A stretch of 64,000 bases of DNA from NCBI RefSeq assembly GCF_009914755.1, contig NC_060940.1. One strand, given 5' to 3'. A program made the position numbers and the translations under genes. This stretch comes from the human T2T-CHM13v2.0 reference genome, Homo sapiens. Under the pieces are notes generated by a model. The model was not told where the DNA came from, made no database searches, and saw nothing but the letters and a program-made list of their open reading frames with translations. Of the stretch, positions 53,870 through 64,000 are shown in pieces (within the stretch, counting starts at the first letter, position 1; every line of letters starts with the position of its first letter).

Positions 53870-54720
53870 AATGTGACAGATCTGGAAAGCAACATATAAG
53901 CAAGGACATAGAGGATCTGAATAGTTTAATCAGTTAATACTAGAAAAGATAGATAAATATGGAACTATGTGGCCTACAAAGAGAAAATACTATTTTTTTT
54001 AATTGTGGTAAAATGTACATGGCAGTGGCATTAAGTCCATCCACATTATTGTGCAACCATCATCCCCATCCATCTCCAGAACGTTTTCATCTTCCTCACC
54101 TTAAACTCTATACCCATTAAATGCTAACTCCCCATTCACTGCCTCTGGAATCCTCTGTTGCACTTTCTGTCTCTATTAATGTTACAACTCCAGGTGCCTC
54201 TTGTAAGTGGAATCAGACAATATCTGTTCTTCTGTAACTGGCTTATTTCATTTAGCATAATGTCCTCAAAGTTCATTTGTGTTGCAATAGGTATCAGCAT
54301 CTCCTTCCTTTTAAAGTCTAAATAGTATTTCTTTATATTTACACACATGTAGACACATACAATCTTTACATATGTACACATATAGGTACACATACACTTT
54401 TTTAAATCCATTCATCTGTTGATGGACACCTGAGTTGTTCCCACATTTTGGCTATTGTGAGAAATCCTACAGAATGCTTATTCTTTCCGTGTGTCTATGG
54501 GTCACTTAGTAAAGATGATATTGCACCTGGCCAATAATAAGTTTTAAAATAACATTCAAAGGTAGAACTGTTATTAGCCACATTAGTATATAATTATTTG
54601 GAAAAAAATAAAACCCCTGCAAATACTTAGAAATTAACAAATACTCTCCTTAAAAAAAAAAAAAAAAGACTGAAGCCTAGTGAAAATAACCAGAAAAAAG
54701 GGCACACTCTCAGAAAATAA
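53870..54720 (+). mobile_element. Old L1M ORF2 endonuclease-region remnant split by an antisense L1MB
   Basis: AAGGACATAGAGGATCTGAAT (KDIEDLN) ... GATAAATATGGAACT..; resumes after 54470 with degenerate TFF..HG...K.D..LG-like coding. Confidence 0.55.
53993..54465 (-). mobile_element. L1MB 3' end
   Basis: TTAATTGTGGTAAAAT...CAGTGGCATTAAGT..CACATT.TTGTGCAACCATCA...GGCTTATTTCATTTAGCATAATGTCCTCAA.GTTCAT. Confidence 0.88.
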
Positions 54721-55902
54721 TGCAAAAAACCCAACAATGAACATTGACTTCCTTAGAGCTCAGTTTAAGTTAGACTTAAGCATAATCTTAAGAGTCTGCT
54801 ATATAAGAAGGAAACCAGACTGGCAAAATGACCACTAAAAGATGAAGGATCTGGATGGTAGATTCAGATCCCCTCATTGTGTGTTGCTGGAGTTTTATTT
54901 TTCTTCCCAAGTGCTCCATCTTGCCTGTAACCTTAGCGCCTTCCCTGGGATGATGGGAGCTCCATTTGACCTTGGTGATGAACACAGACAGCCCTAGCTG
55001 GCGTGAGCACCGCTGATTGATAAGGTGGGTGTGGAGCTTCTGTCCTTCTCAGTGGATTGCGAGAACTTTGGCTCCATGTTTCTTCACCAGGGTATGGGGA
55101 CTCTTGGCCATGAGCTTTCCTTAGTTCCCTGGCTAATTTATGACCTAGAGGTTGAACATGGTTGAGCAGCATAAGGGTGAGAGAAAAGCATGGTACTCCA
55201 GCTACCCAGACTGCTGAATGGCTGTGTCTTCAATTTCAAAGGCATGGCAAGGACTAACCCACAGCTGAGAATTAATTAATGCTTACAGATTACCTTACAG
55301 AAGCAATCTAATGATAAAACACAAATGCCTCTGAACAGCTATAGGTAAAGGCAACAGTGTTTTTTTTTTTCCTATTTAACGTAGAGTAGAAAACATCTTC
55401 TAAATTAGCATATGCATGTAACTCCAATAATTCCTCTTACATGTTTTTAAAAGTTGTCTTTTCCTGTGTAAGTAATATAGGCTCATTTTATAAAACTGAA
55501 AATATTATAAGGTGAAGGAAAAAGTATTACACCTACCTTCATCCTCTAAAGACCAGTGCTGTTCACATGTGATTTGTTCGCTTTGGTAGCCAGGAAGGAA
55601 GGTCTAATTATTTCCTAGTTTTGCACCCTTGTGATAATAATGCATATGTATAGTTATCATCCTCTGAAAATGTGTCCCTTGATTTTCTACATAGAGGAAA
55701 ACTAGGCGCATCAATCTGGTTGGATGTGACAGGGAAAGGGTACTAGAATTTATTTATCTAGAAGCTGCCTTGCCTCACAAGCAGTGTTCACTTGGAGGGT
55801 CTCCATTTAAAGGGACCCCTGCAAATTATAAGGATAGGGAGGGTATTAAGTCCCTTTTCAACTCCTAAGCATTACCACTGCCTGGGAACTTCACTATGGG
55901 GA

Positions 55903-56343
55903 TGTTCTGCTGAACCCCTATCAACTCCAGTGGGGGTGGCAGCAGGTTCAAGATGCCAAACAGGAGACCTGGAGCCAGCGATGAGACGAGGGGTTTTATT
56001 GGATGCTTCCATACAGGGGAATCCAGTGGTGGCAGGCTGAACAGGAGAACCACAACCACCTGTAAAGGGCATGCAGTTTATATAGCATTTTCAGTTAGCA
56101 CCCTTTCCCTAACATCCTTCACCTGGCAACTTTCATTCCACCTATGAGTCAGGGCCTGGATCTGCCGTCCATGTTCCATGGGACAGGCCAGGGGTTCAGA
56201 TGTTCCTCATAGACAAGGAAGGAGCCTCCAGGTCGGCCACTCTCAGATTTCCTAGCTTGGAACAGACATCCGGGTGCATCCTCCACACAGAGTCATTTTC
56301 AGGGTATGCATAAGTTATTGCTATCAGGTGCATTTACCATGCA
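55903..56343 (-). mobile_element. ERVL solo LTR (LTR47/LTR32 group)
   Basis: - strand starts TGCATGGTAAATGCACCTGATAGCAATAACTTATGCATACCCTGA; TG...CA ends, 441 bp; perfect TSD GGGGA; - strand TATATAAA (~56077-56084) and AATAAA (55995-56000). Confidence 0.8.
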
Positions 56344-56815
56344 GGGGAATTGTAAAAAGAGAAATAAAGGTCTGAAAATGTGTCTCCAGGTAAAGTGGCT
56401 GCATTTTCCAAGAAAAAGAAAAAGGAGGTTTGTATGACAGACCTTATTTTTAATTTGTGAGTTTATGAAGCATTTTATAATCATATAAAAACAGGCAAAT
56501 AAAGTTGTACTTCTTCACTCAGAGTGTTAATCAAGTGTCTTCTATGTTCCAAGCCCTGGAAATGTGAAAGAGAATAAGAAAGCAACAGCCTGAGGGACAG
56601 TTACCACCACCCACCAAGAGGCAAGGTGCTCCCCTAGCTTTAACAGACCTTGCAGGCGAGGAGGGCTAGAGCTCAGGTGGATGAGGTTAAGTCTGCATGG
56701 AGTGGGCAGGAGAAAGGGTCAGGGGAAGGTTCAGTGGGTAAGTAATCGCCGTCACCAAGTCCAGGAAGATGAGGGCATCCCCAGCAGAGTAGGTGGGGGA
56801 TGGCCATCCAGCTAA

Positions 56816-57305
<490 letters not shown>

Positions 57306-57699
57306 TAGAATGACCATTCTGGTTGCAATTAGGACAGGAGATGGGATAAAAGAGAAATCAGAAACATGGAGGCCAGGGAAGAGACTACTTAATATTCATT
57401 TACGTATTCATTATGCAATGTTTATTTAAAAGCCCACCACGTACGGCATACTGTTCTAGGCTCTGAGGACAAAGCAGACAAAGTAGCTACTTGAGATCTG
57501 GGTTAAGGAGCAGAGGATAGAGGTTGGCAGAGTGTGGGAGGAGGACAGTGACTTGCAGAACTTGGCAACTCTGTCATTCTGATACTTCAAATTCATTTTC
57601 TATACAAGGAAAAAAGAGTAACCGATTAAAGTGCAATTCAAGAAAGTGAGAACCTACAGGGAAGTACCAAAATATACAACGAAACGCCACAGTCACACA

Positions 57700-58260
<561 letters not shown>

Positions 58261-59598
58261 AATGAATACACACATATACACATACAAACCTCAACCTCAA
58301 CCACATTGAGTAGAAATAATTGTATAATTCATATATAATGACCTTATTTATGTAAAACCACTCAAAGCTGCTATATAGTCTATGAGTTCATATGTATGCA
58401 AATACATTAAAAACACACACCACATTGTATCATTCATTACAGCTGAGAATAGAGGTAGGCATGGGACTTTGCAGGGGAACTGAATGGAACATTGGCTTTG
58501 TCCATATTGTGTCACATCTGTAAAAGGCATACCGTGAGAACACCCTTAAAATCAAATCAAGGAGTCACTACCTGCTCCAGGCCTCAGTACTCCCTGCCCC
58601 TGCCCGGATGCAGAAGACACTGGTCCCAGCTATGCGACGCCCACCTCCCCCCCCCAAACAGCCAGCCAGGAAGTCTCTTTACCCAGGTATGAGGCAAGAC
58701 TCCTGTGTGCTATTTACATGCCCTTCCAGAGTGTTGACACCAGGGGCTCATGTTCTTTCTCATCCTTAGCTATTTTTTCCATTCCAACTCAGAGGACAAG
58801 AAAAAAAAACATCCCACTGTGAAAAGAAGTGTGGAATTACAAAGAATAATAGGAAGTTCTCGCTAACTGTGAAGCCCTGCTATGGAGTATATAATGGGCC
58901 TTAACAGCTGCTGCAACAGTCGAGACTCGTGGCAGGGTTTGCTTTGGCCAGAGGAGTGCACTGGATTTCTTATATTTCTTGACATTAAACAACAACAAAG
59001 GGCTGCAGGCTCAGCTGCTGCAGCTGTGGAGTTCCCAGGAGTTGAGCACAGCATAATCAAGGTGGTCTGGAAACACACTTGATTTGCATGGAGTGGTTTT
59101 GAAGCATGGCTGAGTGTATCCTTGGGTTATGGTCATTGCATACCTCCCATCCCCCAGTTCGTGAAGTTGGAATATGCTGGGGTCCCTCTGAAAACCCAGC
59201 TAGGCACCAAGAAGCCAGAGAGGTGGTGGGTAATTCAGAAGGGCTTGAGCTTCCTCCTGGATCTAAACTAAGCCAAGACACTGAGCTTTCCCCTGAAGAG
59301 GGACTTTCCCCACTCCACTTTCATGCTTTCCTCGCCAAGCTTCCTCCAAGCCATGGGGTGCCTTTAACACACGTAGAGATGTTGCATCTAGTGACTTTAA
59401 GAAAAACCAACTCTGCTTTCTGAGGTCTTAGAAACAGGTTTTTAAAAGACTTCCTGTTAGTGTTATATGTTTAAAATAGGTCTAGAAAGAAGGTGGCAAA
59501 CAGACCCAGCCTATTTTTAGCAGAGGGCTCCAAACAGTAGCGGTGGAAACCAGCATCAGTGATACTCAACAGGGATGGTGCTGAAAGCTGCCCAAAGC

Positions 59599-59792
59599 AG
59601 TGGTCTTCAAACTTGGGTATGCGTGAGAATCACCTGGGGAGGGGGGATTGTTAAAGCTCAGATTGCCAGCAATTCTCCCCCTACCCTGATTTCTGATACA
59701 AGAGGCTTGGGGGAAGCCTGGGAATTTGCGTTTTTAATGAGTTCCCAGTGATGCTGATACTGTTCCAGTGAATCATATCTTGAGACCAATTA
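59599..59792. mobile_element. MER5A
   Basis: CAGTGGTCTTCAAACTT...GAGAATCACCTGG...GAATTTGC.TTTTAA..GTTCCCAGTGATGCTGAT. Confidence 0.82.
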
Positions 59793-60632
59793 GTCTAGAG
59801 AAAGCAAGGCCCCTACTGGAAGTGACACCCACCATTTCCCTGTGCTGGTGGTCCCATAGGGCCTCTCACTCTGGGAACACCATTCTTGGCTGTGGGTGTT
59901 TCTTCAAAGTGAACATAGCTCTGAGGAGCAGGAGGCAGGTTCAACAGCCACATCCTTAAGAACATAAAAAGTTGAAGAGAGACAGAAGAGAGACAGACGT
60001 GTGCAGTGCGAAGCTGGGGCCCTCACAATGGGGACTGGCTTCTTTCCTGGGGAATAAGTAATTTCAATTCAGCAGCAGGAGCCAACTCAGCTAGGTCCTG
60101 CCTCTAAGACCTTTGTGTCTGTACCACCAAGTGGCTCAAGCTCTCTGAGAGAGGGCAAGAAAATGACTGAGACCCACCCTTGGCAGCAGAAGGGAAAGTC
60201 ACCCTGGGATAATTTCTGGGTCTAGAATTCAGCTTTCTGTGCCGAGTGGCAGGCAGAGAAACGGGAGGGTGGTGATGTTTGTCCCAAGAGGCCCATTCCC
60301 CCACCCCCTCCTTGTTTCTTCTAGAAGGTCTGGGTGCTGTGTTCCCAACTTTTTCTGAGCAGAGAAGGGTCAAGAAAAGATAACTAACAGCCCGGAAGGC
60401 TTTTCCTGGCAGGTCTTCACCAGCGGGGCCTGTGTCTGGCAGATAGATGGGTCAGAGAAGCCCATTCTTGGGAAGCATGATTGCTTCATAGCTCTTGTAG
60501 AATTCCCATGTTCGTTGCTCGTCAGAATGCATTGTATGTTAATAGAATCTTCAAAAAGGACCTGCTCATCTCAGGTGTGCTTAGGAGAACAAGAGGAAGG
60601 AGTTTTAATCCATATTTGGGCAAAGGTGGTAA

Positions 60633-61044
60633 TGAGAGGTGAAGCCAGCTGGACTTCCTGGGTGGAGTGGGGACTTGCAGAACTTTTCTTAGAAGAGGAT
60701 GGTAAAATGCACCAATCAGCACTCTGTAGCTAGGATTGTAAAATGCACCAATCAGTGCTCTGTAGCTACCTAGAGGTTTGTAAAATGCACCAATCAGTGC
60801 TCTGTAAAAACGCACCAATCTGCACTCTGTGGCTCGCTAGAGGTTTGTAAAATGGACCAATCAGCACTCTGTAAAGTGGGCCAATCAGCACTCTGTAAAA
60901 TAGACCAATCAGCAGGACATGGGTGGGGACAAATAAGGGAATAAAAGCTGGCCACCCCCAAGGCAGCAGCGACAACCTGCTCGGATCCCCTTCCACACCG
61001 TGGAAGCTTTGTTCTTTCGCTCTTCACAGTAAATACTGCTGCTG
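60633..61044 (+). mobile_element. LTR12F (ERV9) LTR, 3'-truncated
   Basis: TGAGAGGTGAAGCCAGCTGGACTTCCTGGGT.GAGTGGGGACTTG; tandem GTAAAA..(C/G)ACCAATCAG..CTCTGT units; GGAATAAAAGCTGGCCACCC; similarity stops after CTGCTGCTG. Confidence 0.92.
60700..60950 (+). promoter_or_regulatory. LTR12 U3 promoter: 7 CCAAT (NF-Y) boxes and AATAAAA TATA-equivalent
   Basis: CCAAT at 60712, 60748, 60790, 60815, 60857, 60881, 60905; AATAAAA at 60940-60946. Confidence 0.65.
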
Positions 61045-61186
61045 GCAGAGAGGGGTGAAGCAATAATGACCGCAGTGACAGAGAAGAGGTGAGTGTGCTT
61101 GGTGACCCCTTCCCACGCAGGGAGCTGTTTCCAGAGCACTTCTCTTCTGGGAGGCCTGTGAATTTTGTTATTAAAAAGGAAACCTA

Positions 61187-61548
<362 letters not shown>

Positions 61549-61931
61549 TTAACAACAGTGTAATTTTATTGTGATGATTAATATTGGAATTATTAGCTTT
61601 GATTAACTGAGCTCCTTCTGTGTGGCAGGACATGTACTTTATAGATGCCATCTCATTAAACCCTCGGCAATGCTGGGAAGTAAGTGGTGTCATCTGCACT
61701 TTAAAGATGAGGCGATGGACCGTGTTCATACTCACACAGTGGATCACTGGGAAAGCTAGGATTGCAACATATAGCTGTCTAATCCGTGGAGTTCATTCTC
61801 GCTACTTGCCAGCCACAGGGATCCAATGGTGAGCCCAGTAAGCTGTGGCTCTTGACCTCATGGGGCTTCCAGGCAGCAAGTAGAGGGGTCAGTGGAAAAG
61901 TATCAGTTGGATTAATCAAGTCAAGCAATGA

Positions 61932-62285
<354 letters not shown>

Positions 62286-62480
62286 TAGTTTATTTTTAAT
62301 TTTCTTTTGTATCCAATTTTAACTTACTCTTAAAAATACAAACATATGTAATTGGTGTTTAGTCAACACTCAGTGTATTTTAATAAACAACATTTTTTAA
62401 TCGGAAAAAAAAAAACCTGTAATGCCTTGAGTGATCCTGCCAGATGAACCCTGGCGTAAAGTTCATGCTGCCTTAGGCAC

Positions 62481-62513
62481 CATTGCCACCTGGTGTCAGA
62501 CATCGGAATTGCA
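62481..62513 (-). promoter_or_regulatory. CTCF binding site with upstream (ZF9-11) module
   Basis: - strand: TGCAATTCC-GATGT-CTGACACCAGGTGGCAATG, i.e. upstream motif, 5-bp spacer and core. Confidence 0.75.
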
Positions 62514-63297
62514 GGCTTGGCGGCAGCTAAAGTGGCGGGGGTGGTGGGGTGGTGGAGCAGGGGGCGCGCAGGACCCATTTTGATTAGGAGAGGGCAGGTT
62601 TCCTGTCTTAGCCACCTAAACCCTCCAGGCGCTGTTGAGTATGTGTCAACAGGTGCCTGTTCGTTTGTAATTTGGTGACAGCTAGATCTGTATCAGCTTT
62701 CTTTTATCTGTGTGTCCTGAATGATTATTGTGTTCATGGCCTTTCAATTGTTTTGTTATAATCAAATTAACGTTTGAAGGTTCTGATGATAAAGTGACAT
62801 AAATATAGATGAATACTTGAGGGTAAACTCTAGATTCCACTTATGCCAATAATAGTTCTCTTTAGTTGCACATCTACATAAAAAGACCCCCCCCCATACT
62901 TTGACCCCAACTGCTTCTCAGCCTAACCCTCTACATGCTTAAGCATATGCCAGTAACTCACGATTTGCAAAACTTTCCAGACTCTTCCTTGTCTGCCTGC
63001 TGCCTTTGTCTGTGCTGTTCCCTCTGCCTGGAACTACTCTCCTCCACCTTTCCCTTCCAAATTTATTCTTCAAATGTCAAATCAAGGTCGACAATTTGTA
63101 GGAAAATTCCATAAAGTAAATTCAGAAACGACAGTGTTGTATGTTGTATTGCAGTGTCTCTAGAGAATGGAAGATGTGGTTCTGAACCCATTTTTATCTC
63201 TTTCATAGCTTTGGCCATGGCCAGCTTGCTGACTCATTCTATCTCAGTGGTTTCATCCATTAAGTGGAAATAATAATGTCCTCTGCCTCCAGCATTG

Positions 63298-63300
<3 letters not shown>

Positions 63301-63370
<70 letters not shown>

Positions 63371-63765
63371 CACAACCCTAATTTGAGGTTTATATATAAC
63401 ATATATATTTTATTTATTATATATATTTAATACATAGGGATTTAATATATGTAATATTTAATATATATAATGGGGTTTAATATATATAATATGTAGGGTT
63501 TAATATATATATTAATATATAATACATAGGGGTTTAATATATATAATACATAGGGGTTTAATATATATATTATATATCATATTTAGGGGTTTCACATATA
63601 TAAAACCCCTAAATTGAGGTATCTATATATAATATTGATGCATATATATTTAATATATAGGGGTTTGATATATATAATATTTAGGGGTTATATACATATT
63701 ATATATATAAGCCCCCTAAATAGATGTGTGTATGTGTATATATGTGTATATATGTATATGTATAA
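63301..63765. repeat. (TA)26 plus complex AT-rich minisatellite (unit ~TAATACATAGGGGTTTAATATATA) inside a MIR
   Basis: Direct observation; MIR-like sequence on both sides (~63190-63300 and ~63770-63830). Confidence 0.92.
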
Positions 63766-64000
63766 ACCTTTTCTGATGAGACAAAGTGCTTCCTCTCCAC
63801 CATGCCTAGTACCTAGTAGAAGTGACAGGGCAGGTGACACTGGATTAGTGGATATATGTAAATACCTGGAATCTTGATCAATGCATGCGCAGCAAATGGC
63901 TTCCATTACCTTTTTTGTTTTGTTTGCAGATAAATATTTTTTTGAAAAAAATATATTTCGTGGAGTTAAAAATAATAAAATGTCCAACTTTGACTGAACT

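Noticed and set aside
60700-60915. Regularly spaced repeats resembling a CRISPR array
   Set aside because: These are the known LTR12 U3 CCAAT tandem repeats; spacers are not unique and the context is eukaryotic.
62440-62600. CpG island or promoter
   Set aside because: Too short with too few CpGs; better explained by a CTCF-protected site.
63570-63725. TTTAGGG(G) words suggesting interstitial telomeric repeats
   Set aside because: Isolated units within a TA-rich minisatellite, not tandem TTAGGG.

Overview
Primate (human-like) non-coding genomic DNA, about half of it interspersed repeats by eye. It holds 22 near-full-length Alus (S and Y subfamilies), many solo LTRs (LTR8, THE1B/C/D, MSTB, MLT1, MLT2A, LTR47/32-like, LTR12F), old L1M/L1P pieces, L2/MIR remnants, hAT MITEs (MER3, MER5A, MER20, MER53, Charlie4z-like) and microsatellites. 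I found no intact protein-coding gene, tRNA, rRNA or CpG island. LTRs occur in both orientations, which fits an intergenic setting. The only gene-derived sequence I recognise is a processed, 5'-truncated retrocopy of the PTPRV (OST-PTP/Esp) 3' end at ~5251-5729 (-). Best candidate functional signals: (i) a 3'-truncated LTR12F with 7 CCAAT boxes, a mutated poly(A) signal and a strong splice donor just downstream (candidate LTR-driven first exon); (ii) a CTCF site with the ZF9-11 upstream module at 62481-62513 and a weaker divergent partner; (iii) several repeat-free, motif-dense enhancer candidates. Repeat subfamily names come from recalled consensus sequences, not a database search. The locus was not identified. 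I found no evidence for a wholly new biological system.
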